DNA of 63,486 nt, counting the filler, from Chiloscyllium plagiosum (Eukaryota), in assembly GCF_004010195.1 (NCBI RefSeq). It is 5 parts of one record of this genome, joined end to end, with 100 filler letters (N's around TTAATTAATTAA, not from the genome) between each part and the next. Parts side by side here need not be neighbours in the genome. Positions count along the whole stretch, not along the records: positions 1 to 26,794 come from NC_057717.1; 4 more parts are not named here. One strand, given 5' to 3'. Below, one piece after another: positions 12,993 through 26,300 of this stretch. The notes under the pieces were generated by a model, which made no database searches, had not been told where the DNA came from, and saw nothing but the letters and a program-made list of their open reading frames with translations. The position numbers were made by a program, and so were the translations under genes. Position 1 is the first letter of the stretch, and each line of letters starts with the position of its first letter.

Positions 12993-15900
12993 GAGGTTGG
13001 AATTGAACACAGCTCCTTGATGATGGGAGGTAGTAGTGCAAACCACAGATCCACAACATGCATCTGTTAGTTCTATTAGTTATTTGTGGCTGATTAAAGA
13101 AATCTGTCTGACTTGTTCCTGTCACTGAACCTGACCCAGTCTGAGACCTTTATCATTGGCCATATCATCAACCTGGTTACATTTAAAATTTGTTGTGAGC
13201 AGTGGAGGAGTGGGACTAGAAAAGGAAACAGTGACACCCTCCAACCTCAGGAATATAGGAGAAATTCACAAAGTGGGAATTCTCTTTCCCAAATGTTTGG
13301 GATGGCCAGACATTTATATTATAACGAGGCTGTCTTTGTCTAATTTTCGATAGACAGGTGAATCAGGGATAGTAGTGTATGGAGAGAAAAGTGCAGCTGG
13401 GACCACAATGAAATGGACCATGACCTCATTTACTGGTGGAGAAGTGTCAAAGGGCCGAATGGTCCTCTCGTGTCCCTCAGTCGTATGTTCTGATGTTCCA
13501 TTCAGCCCTTCCGACCTGCTACGTGGTGGCAGATGGTGGCCACTCCGATGGTTTGGTGTAGGTTGGGAGATTACTTGGAAAATCCAGGCTGGGTCAGGAA
13601 GTGAACCCCCTACACCAATCCCTGTTTCCAGGCTTCCCCTCTCTGTAACTTCTGCTCCAAATGTGGGTCATGTTGCAGCCCCAGATACGTTGGGAATACA
13701 GTCCCCATACCCCACCCAGGTTAAATCAACAAATCCTCTGCTCTCCCTGAATGCAACATTTTACAACACGATTTCTAGGATCCCTGAATGCAACATTTTA
13801 CAACACGATTTCTAGGAAAATAACACGTTACTTTCCAAAAGTATAGTGTGAAATGAATAAATAGGAACAGGAGCAGGTCATTCCGCCCATCAAGCTAGCC
13901 CTGTCATTTCATGAGAATATAGCTGATCTACTCCAGGGCTCAACTCCACTTTCTTGCCGACTCCTTGTATCCCTCCACAACTCGCTGGGTCAGGGAATTC
14001 CAAACATTCACTACCTTCTGAGATAAGACATCGGTTTGCATCTCAGATTGAAATCGAAGTTCCTTATTCGGTATCTATATCCTCGAGTTCGACACTTTGG
14101 CCAGAATGGAAACAACTTCTCAATATCTACCTTTCTATGTCTTGTATTTGTATCACTCATCATTCATTTAAACCCCAATGAATAATCGCCTCACAATTTT
14201 AGAGATTCTCAATAACACAACCCTTTCATCCCAGGAACCCGTCTATTCTACCAACCTAGTTATTTGCTGCATCAGCTTGCTGACTTTATGTTTCATACAC
14301 AGGAAGACTCCAATCCTTTTGTCCTTCGCTTTTTCTGGAAGTCCTTTCCATTTAATAACAGCCTGCCTTTTGGTTCTCAGTGTCATCCACAAACCCGGAT
14401 GTATATTGCACTCAACTCCCTTCTTCAGGCTATCAATATAGATTGTAAATAACAGGCCATCGGACTAATAGCTGTGGCATGCCAGCAGATACACCTGAAG
14501 ATGTATTAATCCTGACTCTCCGATTGCTATGAGCTAAGCAACCATCATTCTATGTTAATACATTATCCATCATCCTACGAGCTTCTGTCTTGTGTAAGAA
14601 CTTATATTTTGTAATACCTTGTGGAAAATCTGTGGAAAGCCTGGTGTCTACCAGATCTCCCTTATCAAGTCCGCTTGTTACATTCTCAGACATCTCGAGA
14701 TATACTTTGCATGGTTTTACAGGGCAAAGTATATTTTCCCGTTCACAAAACCACCCTGACTCTGCATGAAACTTTTCTAAATGTTCATACTTGCCAGGTT
14801 TTCCTAATTAAGCTCGTCCCATCTGCTTTCATTTAGCCCATATGTCTCTAAATGTTTCCCATTCATATGTTTGTCCAAATGAGTTTTAAATGTTTTAGCT
14901 GTACATGCATCTACCACTCTTCCTCTGGCAGCTCATTCGATGTCCATACCACCCTCTGTGTAAAATGTTGCCCCTTCGTTCCTTTTAAACCTTCCCTCTC
15001 TCATCTTAACCTTATGTCTACTGTGGCTGAACTCACCCATGCCATTGGAAATATCTTGGCTATTCAACCTCAACATATCTCTCATGATTTTAGAAACTTT
15101 TACAGTGTCACCAGTCAACCACCCACATTCCATCTGATACTAACTTCAAGAACATGTATTTAAAGACAAATACTGCAAAATTAAACAATATTAAACATGA
15201 CAGGTAAACAATGCTCAGTCCAAACATCAATTGGTGATTTGTTTTTCTCCATATTACAATACTAAGGCAGCATGAAACGCTTACTAGTGTCAATAAGAAG
15301 TCAAGTACCTGAATTCCTTTGTCTAAACGGGGTGATCATCTCGACAGTGAAAACGTGTCTATGGCCAGATCTACAAAATGCCACATAGTCAACATTCTCC
15401 CTCCTGGCCTCCCTATGAACTTGTTTGGTTGTGATTTCTTTGTCTTGCATTCAATAGAGAGAAACCCTTTCCCACATTCACAGCTTAATTTACACCCATT
15501 TTACATCATCCACTCGTTCACTACTGCTAAACTCCCGTTTATCTTTGCCACACCCTCTCTTTTCCCTGTCACCTGTCCCCCACCTCTGGCAAGGGATTAA
15601 AAATCCCAGTTTCCAATCCTTTTCCGTTCTGAAGAAGTGTCACACTGGGCTTGAAACACTAACTCTGTTTCTCTGTCTCTGCAGATGCTGACAGACCTGC
15701 TGAGTTTCTCCAGAAATGATTAGGCACAGAACACATTTTCACTAAAACAAATAAAAATGGATGCTGGTAATAAAAATACAAAACAATTGCTGGTGAAAGT
15801 GGGACCTTTGTAGAGGGTCACTGGACCTGAAGGTTTAACTCTGCATTCACTCCAGAAGATGCTGCAACATTTTCAGTAATTTGTTCAGCAATTGTTTTTG

Positions 15901-16574
15901 GACAATTTTCAAAGAAGGATGTCAAAGGGGCTCAAAATCCTGTCCAACATTGAGTGTTGTACACTGGGAACTGAACAATAATGCATGGTGCACAAGTTCC
16001 TTGAGTCGGAAACTGCATAAGACTGACATCACTGACACGACAGAGCTTTCAATCATGGTCCGGGAGAAAAACAGAGGGAAACACATTCACTTCAAGTACA
16101 GAAGTTGACATTGTGGAAAAGAAACGATTTAGATTATTACCTTAAATGGATAGAGTTAAAGTAACGAATTGGAGGCATGACACCAGGGAGATGCCATCAG
16201 CAGAATGAGAATATGAAAATGGAAGTGTTACCGCATCAGAAACCAGGTTAGGTCACTGAATACAGGGCTGATGCCAAGGTTGAAATCACGTGCACATAAA
16301 CCTGTTGACAACCCAATAAAGCTACCACACGTGACTGGTTGCATTCCAAATAGCAGAATGAACTTCTGATGGAGAGGGGAAAATGGTCACAAGACTAACA
16401 GATTGGATCTAAGCTCTGTCGTCCTGCTAAATCCAAGCATAAATGTCGATGGACTATTTAACAATTTACTGGAGGAGAGACCTCTACAAATATCCTCATC
16501 CCAAATATCGGAACAACTCTGTACATCAGTGAAAAAAAAGTTAAGGGTGTGGTGTCTGCACTATCCCCAGCCAG
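12993..16574 (+). repeat. Segmental duplication copy B (~3.6 kb)
   Basis: Colinear and near-identical to 23353-26794; carries a private 36-bp tandem duplication at ~13746-13817. Confidence 0.95.
14800..15120 (-). mobile_element. CR1 3' end fragment inside the duplicated cassette (second copy ~25020-25340)
   Basis: 'KVSKIMRDMLRLNSQ...RHKVKMREGRFKR...FYTEG' resembles the CR1 ORF2 C-terminus. Confidence 0.75.
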
Positions 16575-16960
16575 AAGTGTTGAGTGGATGATCCAAGTTA
16601 CATTCATCATGATGCCCACAGACTCACAGATGCTCGTCTTCCAGCAAATCGATCCGCTGCCCGTGACATGAAGAAACAGCTGAACACAGTAGATACGACA
16701 ATGGCAGTGGGCCTTGACACCATTCCTGCAATAGGACTGAACACTTGTGCTGCACCGCAAAGCGTTTCGCTGGGAAAGCTGTTTCATTCCAGCTCCAACT
16801 CTGACATCTCTCGAGCAATGCAGAATATTACTCAGCTTTGTCCAGTCCCCAAAGAGGAGAATAATTACAATCTGATTAATTACCACCCCCTCAGTCCCAA
16901 CACGATAGTCAAACTGGTGGGAATTCTTTTTGACAGAGCTGTCAAGTAGCACCGAAATAA
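16190..16960 (+). mobile_element. Old CR1/L2-group LINE RT fragment
   Basis: 'MKKQLNTVDTTMAVGLDTIPAIGLNTCAA...QLCPVPKEENNYNLINYHPLS' resembles KAxGPDxIP...PVxKK...NYRPIS. Confidence 0.75.
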
Positions 16961-18016
16961 TCAGGTCAGTGTGTTTTCCAATAGTTCCCAATGTGGAGAT
17001 GGTGCTGTCGTGGAAATACCATTGGATTACTAATCCAGACCACAATAATTCTCTGGCAGCTGGTGGAAGTTAAAAATAATTAATAAAACATCGAGACCAA
17101 AAATCTGGTGTATTTAATAGTGATTTTGTGTCCAATGTCGATTGTAAACATCGATCCCCTACAACAATATAATTTCAGGAAGTGAATCTCCCGTGCTTTC
17201 CTGGTCTGGCCTAAAAGTGACTCCAGACGCACAGGCATTGTATCTGAATCGGCCAAATAAGACACTCAATTGTATCAAACTGCTCTGAGGTCTTAAAGGA
17301 TAAAACCGGACAGAACACTTGGCACCAGCCTCGTTATCAGAAAAGGGAATGGGAAACATAGTTCCTGTTGACCCTGCATAGACATCCTTCCTAGCATCTG
17401 AGACCTTGCGACAACATTTACACAGCTTTCCCACAGACTGCACAGAAATATTGGGAAAGGAGGAGGTCATTCAATATAGTGAGCTTTCCCCATGGTAATT
17501 CATGGCCGAACATCTCCTCAATGCTGTTTCCCCATACAATGTTCATATCCCATAATATCTTTAAACATTTTGAAATATAAAGCGAGAACAAATGTAGTGC
17601 TTTCGGCCCATCACGTTTGCTCCTCTATTCAATATACACGCGGTTCTTTGATAATGCTTGTGTATTAAATACGATTTGACTGTTTTCTATAAAGTGAACG
17701 ATCATCCCTGCTTCCAATCTGTCTCACACGTTCAGAGTTTGACATATTTCAATGATATCTCCACTCATTTTCCTAATCCCTATGAACTACAGGCACAGTC
17801 ACCCTAATACTCTGGTCCCATAACAGGCCTGTCATCCCACAGATCAGTCTGGTCATCTTCCACTGCTCTCACCCAATGTCAGGTATCCAAAACTGTACAC
17901 AATACTGCACAATGTTCGAGATGGGGTCCCACTAAGGACCTGCACAGCTGCAGTAAATGACCCTTACTCCTGTATTCAAATCCCCCTGAAATGAAGGTGA
18001 ATAAACCATTTATCTG

Positions 18017-18340
18017 ACTACCTGATTTCTGCTCCTGCAATATTTCTTTCATTGACTCGTGTAAAAGGAGATACAGATCGTTTTCAACGTTACAACTCCC
18101 CACTTGCTGGGTTTATATACACTGTCCAACGTGCCAATGCCATTCCCAGTAGAAACTTCTGGCTTCAGAACTCACTACCTGATTTCTGCTCCTGCAATAT
18201 TTCTTTCATTGACTCGTGTAAAGGGAGATACAGATCGTTTTCAATGTTACAACTCCCCACTTGCTGGGTTTATAGGGTTTATATACACTGTTCAACGTGC
18301 CAATGCCATTCCCAGTAGAAACTTCTGGCTTCAGAACTCA
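18017..18340 (+). repeat. Tandem duplication, 2 x ~157 bp
   Basis: 18017-18173 is repeated at 18174-18340; the second copy has an extra 9-bp 'gggtttata' duplication. Confidence 0.95.
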
Positions 18341-19329
18341 TTGCCTTACATGAACTCGGAGGGTTGCACAGAAATAAAACAAAAATGCAGCTAAGGTTCC
18401 TTTATAGATCAACATTTTTCAACCACTCCCTTTGCAAATGATAGGCTGCCATTCTATTGTTCCCATCAAAGTGCACAACACCTCACCCCTCCCATTGCTC
18501 TCCATCTACCACGTATTTTCCCAGTCATTCCAATTGTCTCAACTGCATGACCTCACACTCAGAATCCTCTCCAATACTTTGCCCAAAGCTGTAATTCCCC
18601 GGATTATTCTTATTCCCTTTCCTGAACAAGGGATTAACATTTGTCGCCCTCCATGATCTGGCAATACTTCAGTGGACGGTGAGGATGCAAAGATCATCGC
18701 TAAAGGCGCCACTTCCTGTGATAACCTCGGGTGCTTCCTGTCTGACCCAGGGGATTTATCTATTGTTATATTTGTACTTCAACCAATCTGCACTCCATCT
18801 CGCATTGTCTACTCCCTGCCCAACCAATTGACTGTTTGACAGATTTCCATTTCAGGGCTGCCCTCCTGAGCAAATACAGTTCACAATATCCTGTCAATCA
18901 CGGAATGGAAAAAATGCAAAGGCACCAATGACTTCATGATGAAGGGCTTCTGCCCATAGTTTTCACTCTCCAGCTCCTCGAGATCCTGTTGCTTTAGCAA
19001 CGCCACACTTTTCGACTCTGATCTCAACCAACTGCAGTCCTCATTTCTCCATTATTGAGTGCTGACTCCTCTGCACACTGAACAGGGAATTAATCACCAG
19101 GGATTCATTGTATGTGGAGCTGACTGCTCAGTACTAGAATGTTGCATTTGATGAATTCATTAATTAAAAAAAGGAATTACAATTCCACAGTTCCAGAGTT
19201 ACAGTTTGTTTCATGGATTATGCAGCTTGATAACAAACAGTAAACGATTGATGAACTCCGAGTTACAGTGTATTCCACGTGTAAAATTCCAGGATGATGT
19301 TCTTTACCTTAATGTTGCGAATATTATCA

Positions 19330-20870
19330 GATAGACAGTTGTGATAATGGAACAAGGTGACATCTGGAAGTGTTACATTTTTTGCCATCACAGAGACATA
19401 TCTGAGGAAGGTCAGGGCTGACAATTCAATATTCTGTGGTACAAAAATGAGAAGTAGGGCAGGAGAGGGGAAAAAGAGGAGGTGGGATTGCATTGTTAAT
19501 TATGGAGTCAATGACTGCAGGAAGAAGGGACGATACATTGGATGAATCTTCTAATGACGCTTTGCGTGTAGAGCTCAGGATCAAAACCATGACAGACACA
19601 CTGCTGGGGATATATTATAGAACCCCACACAAAAGAAAATACCGGAGCAGATATAAAATCAATTTACTGAGGTGTGTAAATATAATAATAGGATCATTAT
19701 ATTCATGCATTTCATTTCCAAATATTCATTAGGGCAGTGATAACTTTATAAGGCGGGGAAGATGTCTTGAAATTTAATCCAGAGAGGTTCTCATATCAAC
19801 ATGGAGCATATACAGCAATGGGCGGTGATGTGCTGGCAATCACTGTGGGGAATGAAGCCAGTTAGTTTTTGCAGGCAGGATTGGGAAAGCATGGTAGCAC
19901 CAGTGACTGTTACTCATGCATTTTTAGCTTGTTAAGGAAAAGTCCAAAAGAAAAAACGCCGAAGAATAAAAGATTTTTGGACTGCTGAGGCAGATTGTAT
20001 TAAAAATAAGTCATAATCTGCCCATAGTACAGTTACTTCTGTGTGAAACTGTAGCAGAAGAGCGTGGGGGTGGGGGTCACATTGTCAAAATGGATTCGAT
20101 GCCAGTGTCACCACAACATGTTACACTGAAGATGAAATTTAGGGAAACAAGACAGGAGTACCTTGAATGTCTACAAATATTCAAAATGGAATTAAAAATT
20201 ATAGATATGCTTAAAACAGTTCTAACGTGAGCAGTTCAATGGAGATCCCAGAAGAGTAGCGAACGTATAGGGATAAACTCAAGAAAGTAAGTAGAAGAGC
20301 AAAAATGGCAATGATAAAAACATTATCTGGCAATATTTTCAAGAATTCAACGACATTTTATCGGTGTATTAAGGGTAATAGGGTAACAAGACAAAGAATG
20401 GGGTGTATTAGGGACCGAGGAAGCAGCCTGTGCACAGAGCCAGAGAATATGTTAAACATGTACGACTTATCGGTCTTTGCTTTGGAGAAGCAGTTCCTGG
20501 ATTCACTGTCAGTTCCTGACAGTGTGTCTTTGAGCAGATTGACACAGATGCTGAGAAAGAATTGGAAGTTGATGCAGGACTAAAAGTGGGCTAATCCCTA
20601 GATCTGGATGTACTGCAAATTAGAATAATGTGGAAGATGAGGGAGGAGATTACAGGCTCTTAAATTTTGTGGGTTTTTTTGGTTTGGCTCTGGCCACCGA
20701 GGAGGTGTGATTGAAGAGGACAAAATCTAATGAAAGTTCAACTTCCATGCAGAGTGCTAGGAAATATCCATGGGGACTAAAGATCACCAAGTCGCACATT
20801 AATGGGAGGGACACCATTGTGCAAAATTGTGAAGGCTGCTTTGGCTGGATCACTAAATATCCTCAAGGCT
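19330..20870 (+). mobile_element. Highly decayed CR1 ORF2 (EN to RT start)
   Basis: 'FAITETYL', 'LRVELRIK...LLGIYYRTP', 'NSTTFYRCIKGNRVTRQRMG' motifs, with many stops and frameshifts. Confidence 0.75.
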
Positions 20871-21093
20871 GAGATGGACATATTTTTAAACAAGGGTGTC
20901 ACCTGTTCTTATTAGAACGACAGCAAAGACCAGAGGAATGCGTCAATGCCAATTGGCTGTCAGGTTGAAGATTTGCATCAGCGCAGTCAACACTACTAGA
21001 GGGAAGACCTCTGCAACACATCTTCCATGGGCACGCATGAACCTGATGTCAAGGAGTGCTTAAGGCCTAAATATTCCATCACTGGTTTCCCTC

Positions 21094-21143
21094 CTTTCCT
21101 GGCAGGGGAGATAACATGATCAATAAGGTGGCTCTTCCCAAGA
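21094..21143 (+). ncRNA. U1 snRNA-derived fragment (approx. U1 nt 4-53, 5' stem-loop region); not a full gene
   Basis: 'ctttcctggcaggggagataacatgatcaataaggtggctcttccca' vs vertebrate U1 'CTTACCTGGCAGGGGAGATACCATGATCACGAAGGTGGTTTTCCCA'; no downstream U1 body or Sm site. Confidence 0.85.
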
Positions 21144-21153
21144 CAATTGTCGT

Positions 21154-21175
21154 ATCAAGTGTCTGTTCTTATTAG
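21154..21175 (+). ncRNA. U2 snRNA-derived fragment
   Basis: 'atcaagtgtctgttcttattag' vs U2 'ATCAAGTGTAGTATCTGTTCTTATCAG', with a 5-nt deletion in the branch-point pairing region. Confidence 0.65.
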
Positions 21176-21905
21176 AATGGCGAATCGTCAGAGCTAGTTG
21201 AGATCATCGCTGGATTGTGATTGGAGTACCGTTTGGTTGTGCTGACCTGCTCTTGGTGGATCCGCATGCTGGTTTCAACCTAACACCATATTAGGGACCT
21301 GACAACCTTGGAGCTATGGCATCAACAACCGCTCACAGCCCAGGCCAGGGTATTCACAGCACAGTCAGGGTTACTGTAAAAAAGGTGGAGGAAGGTACAC
21401 CGGTCGATCGGACTGTGTCCCTCAAGACGATTCTGCTCGAGTGCTGCAGGTTTGATGCAGCAAACGTGTATAGCCTGCAGGATTTCCCTTGGGCAGGCTA
21501 TTTCGATGTGACCTTCTCGAGCGTGAAGCATTGCGAGCAGCTCCTGGAGGTGTTTAAAGAGAAGGACTGTGGAGCTCTGTTCTCCATCTAGTCGATGATC
21601 CCGTTGTATGTGCTTCCTGCACAGAGGAGTAGGGTTGTTACAATTCATGTGTACAACCCCACGTCCCAACAGCTGATATCCTGACCTTCCTGAGAAGATA
21701 TATCCAGGTCGAGGAAGAAAGCACTAATGTGGTCGACCATTTCGGGATCTTGACCAGCAAGTCAGCGTAACCCTGAAGGTTGATGCCAGTAGGAACATCC
21801 TCCACGCACACTCCAGCTTTGCAATCAGAGGGAGCCGAGGTTACATGATGTACGCAGGGCAGCCGAAAGTGAACATGGCGGCAGACTGTAAGGTGACTCT
21901 GCGAA
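21176..21905 (+). mobile_element. Tx1-clade (Keno-like) LINE 5' UTR + decayed ORF1 (ZCCHC3-like)
   Basis: ORF1 from ATG 21316: 'PGQGIHSTVRVTVKK...LQDFPWAGYFDVTF...', continuing past a stop and frameshift as 'VVTIHVYNP/HVPTADILTFLRRY...SSFAIRGSRGYMMYAGQPKV'; truncated by the Gypsy fragment. Confidence 0.8.
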
Positions 21906-21919
21906 TATCCACTACACAC

Positions 21920-22852
21920 TTACCTTTAACAAATAAGAAGTTACAGTCTGGGCTACTTGCTTAAAAATTTTTGAGGGATCGGGCCTGGTCCAGAACAGAT
22001 TGGGGGCCCTTTGCAGGAATTAGGCAGCGAGTGGCAGGTGTTAGTGTCTCTTATTTTGTGTGTTGATAAAGAGAGCTTCAGATAGGAATGGCTTTTGCAG
22101 CAACCAAGGATGTTTTGGAGGTGGAAGAATCGACCTTGGGGATTTTACAAAATGCACATGAGTCCAAGCTGCGGGAATTAGTAGACAAGCTGCAGTTGAA
22201 GCTGGCTCCTAATGTGAGGAAAAAATGATATGATTGCAGCAGTAGCTCTGCATTCAAACTTGCTGGAACCTCCATCATGAACTGTGCAGATGATTAAACT
22301 TCCATCGCAAATAAAGCACCTTGTGTTAGAAGCAGAAATGAAGCAGTTTGTGTTGCGACTAAAATTAGAAGAGAAAGAAAGAGGACGAATAGGTTTAATC
22401 CACGAAAGCAAAAAAGAAAAAAAAAACAAATGTTTAGCAGGAGAAAAAAGAAAAGAGAGCTCGTTTGAGTTTCAGAGATAGACATTTAGAATGGAAAGTC
22501 AGCTTAAAAAGATGGAAATGAAGGCTGAAGGTACGTTTTGGGATCTGGGGAGTATGAGGATGCAAAGAAAATGCACATGAACTTGTTCCAGAAGCCTATA
22601 GACAACATTTAGGAATCGAAGGAGTGGCCCGGGTCAAACGTATATTGAGTTTTAAAGGATCAAACAAAGTAATTTCGATAGATGGATAAGAACTTTAAAA
22701 ATCAAGCAAACTTACGATGCATTTCGAGAGTAACTATATTAGAGGAGTAGCAAAATTCGCTGCCTGAAGTAATGCAAACTCCTGTGGAAGAGCAGAGAGG
22801 TACAACAGCAAGGTTCGCACCTGAACTGGCTGAAGATTATGAATTGGTCCAT
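21920..22852 (+). mobile_element. Gypsy-type LTR retrotransposon: LTR 3' end, PBS and decayed gag
   Basis: LTR end 'tggtccagaaca' at 21997; tRNA-Pro-like PBS 'tgggggccc' at 22001; gag from ATG 22088 'MAFAATKDVLEVEE...' with a coiled-coil stretch and SCAN-like 'LPEVMQTPVEEQR...ELAEDYELVH'. Confidence 0.75.
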
Positions 22853-23352
22853 NNNNNNNNNNNNNNNNNNNNNNNNNNNNNNNNNNNNNNNNNNNNNNNN
22901 NNNNNNNNNNNNNNNNNNNNNNNNNNNNNNNNNNNNNNNNNNNNNNNNNNNNNNNNNNNNNNNNNNNNNNNNNNNNNNNNNNNNNNNNNNNNNNNNNNNN
23001 NNNNNNNNNNNNNNNNNNNNNNNNNNNNNNNNNNNNNNNNNNNNNNNNNNNNNNNNNNNNNNNNNNNNNNNNNNNNNNNNNNNNNNNNNNNNNNNNNNNN
23101 NNNNNNNNNNNNNNNNNNNNNNNNNNNNNNNNNNNNNNNNNNNNNNNNNNNNNNNNNNNNNNNNNNNNNNNNNNNNNNNNNNNNNNNNNNNNNNNNNNNN
23201 NNNNNNNNNNNNNNNNNNNNNNNNNNNNNNNNNNNNNNNNNNNNNNNNNNNNNNNNNNNNNNNNNNNNNNNNNNNNNNNNNNNNNNNNNNNNNNNNNNNN
23301 NNNNNNNNNNNNNNNNNNNNNNNNNNNNNNNNNNNNNNNNNNNNNNNNNNNN

Positions 23353-26300
23353 AAGAAATCTGTCTGACTTGTTCCTGTCACTGAATCTGACCCAGTCTGA
23401 GACCTTTATCATTGGCCATATCATCAACCTGGTTACATTTAAAATTTGTTGTGAGCAGTGGAGGAGTGGGACTAGAAAAGAAAACGGTAACACGCTCCAA
23501 CCTCAGGAATATAGGAGAAATTCACAAAGTGGGGATTCTCTTTCCCAAACGTTTGGGATGGCCAGACATTTATATTATAACGAGGCTGTCTTTGTCTAAT
23601 TTTCGATAGACAGGTGAATCAGGGATAATAGTGTATGGAGAGAAAAGTGCAGCTGAGACCACAATGAGATGAGCCATGACCTCATTTACTGGTGGAGTAG
23701 TGTCAAAGGGCCGAATGGCCCTCTCGTGTCCCTCAATCGTATGTTCTAATGTTCCATTCAGCCCTTCCGACCTGCTACGTGGTGGCAGATCGTGGCCACT
23801 CCGATCGTTTGGTGTAGGTTGGGAGATTACTTGGAAAATCCAGGCTGGGTCAGGAAGTGAACCCCTACACCAATCCCTGTTTCCAGGCTTCCCCTCTCTG
23901 TAACTTCTGCTCCAAATGTGGGTCATGTTGCAGCCCCAGATACGTTGGGAATACAGCCCCCATACCCCACCCAGGGTTAAATCAACAAATCCTCTGCTCT
24001 CCCTGAATGCAACATTTTACAACACGATTTCTAGGAAAATAACACGTTACTTTCTAAAAGTATAATGTGAAATGAATAAATAGGATCAGGAGCAGGTCAT
24101 TTCGCCCATCATGCTAGCCCTGTCATTTCATGAGAATATGGCTGATCTACTCCAGGGCTCAACTCCACTTTCTTGCCGACTCCTTGTATCCCTCCACAAC
24201 TCTCTGGGTCAGGGAATTCCAAACATTCACTACCTTCCGAGATAAGACATCGGCTTGCATCTCAGATTGAAATCGAAGTTCCTTATTCGGTATCTATATC
24301 CTCGAGTTCGACACTTTGGTCAGAATGGAAACAACTTTTCAATATCTACCTTTCTATGTCTTGTATTTGTATCACTCATCATTCATTTAAACCCCAATGA
24401 ATAATCGCCTCACCATTTTAGAGATTCTCAATAACACAACCCTTTCATCCCAGGAACCCGTCTATTCTACCAACCGAGTTATTTGCTGCATCAGCTTGCT
24501 GACTTTATGTTTCATACACAGGAAGACTCCAATCCTTTTGTTCTTTTCTTTTTCTGGAAGTCCTTTCCATTTAATAACAGCCTGCCTTTTGGTTCTCAGT
24601 GTCATCCACAAACCCGGATGTATATTGCACTCAACTCCCTTCTTCAGGCTATCAGTATAGATTGTAAATAACAGGCCATCGGACGAATAGCTGTGGCATG
24701 CCAGCAGATACACCTGAAGATGTATTAGTCCTGACTCTCCGATTGCTATGAGCTAAGCAACCATCATTCTATGTTAATACATTATCCATCATCCTACGAG
24801 CTTCTGTCTTGTGTAAGAACTTATATTTTGTAATACCTTGTGGAAAATCTGTGGAAAGCCTGGTGTCTACCAGATCTCCCTTATCAAGTCCGCTTGTTAC
24901 ATTCTCAGACATCTCCAGATGTACTTTGCATGGTTTTACAGGGCAAAGTATATTTTCCAGTTCACAAAACCACCCCGACTCTGCATGAAACATTTCTAAA
25001 TGTTCATGCTTGCCAGGTTTTCCTAATTAAGCTCGTCCCATCTGCTTTCATTTAGCTCACATGCCTCTAAATGTTTCCCATTCATATGTTTGTCCAAATG
25101 AGTTTTAAATGTTTTAGCTGTACATGCATTTACCACTCTTCCTCTGGCAGCTCATTCGATGTCCATACTACCCTCTGTGTAAAATGTTGCCCCTTCGTTC
25201 CTTTTAAATCTTCCCTCTATCATCTTAACCTTATGTCTACTGTGGCTGAACTCACCCATGCCATTGGAAATATCTTGGCTATTCAACCTAAACATATCTC
25301 TCATGATTTTAGAAACTTTTACAGTGTCACCAGTCAACACCCACATTCCATCTGATACTAACTTCAAGAACAAGCATTTAAAGACAAATACTGCAAAATT
25401 AAACAATATTAAACATGACAGGTAAACAATACTCAGTCCAAACATCAATTGGTGATTTGTTTTTCTCCATATTACAATACTAAGGCAGCATGAAACGCTT
25501 ACTAGTGTCAATAAGAAGTCAAGCACCTGAATTCCTTTGTCTAAACCGGGTGATGATCTCGACAGTGAAAACGTATCTATGGCCAGATCTATATAATGCC
25601 ACATAGTCAACATTCTCCCTACTGGCCTCCCTATGAACTTGTTTGGTTGTGATTTCTTTGTCTTGCATTCAATAGAGAGAACCCCTTTCCCACATTCACA
25701 GTTTAATTTAAACCCATTTTACATCATCCACTCGTTCACTACTGCTAAATTCCCGTTTATCTTTGCCACACCCACTTTTCACTGTCACCCATCCCCCATC
25801 TCTGTCAAGGGATTAAAAATCCCAGTTTCCAATCCTTTTCAGTTCTGAAGAAGTGTCACACTGGGCTTCAAATGCTAACGTTGTTTCTCTGTCTCTGCAG
25901 ATGCTGACAGACCTGCTGAGTTTCTCCAGAAATGATTAGGCACAGAACACATTTTCACTAAAACAAATAAAAATGGATACTGGTAATAAAAATACAAAAA
26001 AATTGCTGGTGAAAGTGGGAGCTTTGTAGAGGGTCACTGGACCTGAAGGTTTAACTCTGCATTCACTCCAGAAGATGCTGCAACATTTTCAGTAATTTGT
26101 TCAGCAATTTCTGTTTTTGGACAATTTTCAAAGAAGGATGTCAAAGGGGCTCAAAATCCTGTCCAACATTGAGTGCCGTACACTGGGAACTGACCAATAA
26201 TGCATGATGCACAAGTTCCTTGAGTCTGAAACTGCATAAGACTGACATCACTGACACGACAGAGCTTTTAATCATGGTCCGAGAGAAAAACAGAGGGAAA

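Noticed and set aside
21094..21175. Functional U1 or U2 snRNA genes
   Set aside because: Only short fragments with mutated pairing motifs; no Sm site or 3' stem-loops.
21316..21591. Host ZCCHC3 gene
   Set aside because: Stop and frameshifts, snRNA-derived head and truncation by a Gypsy fragment indicate a transposon ORF1.
25152..25613. Hydrophobic 153-aa ORF as a membrane protein or V leader
   Set aside because: The paralogous copy B has a stop in this frame and the C-terminal half is CR1 sequence.
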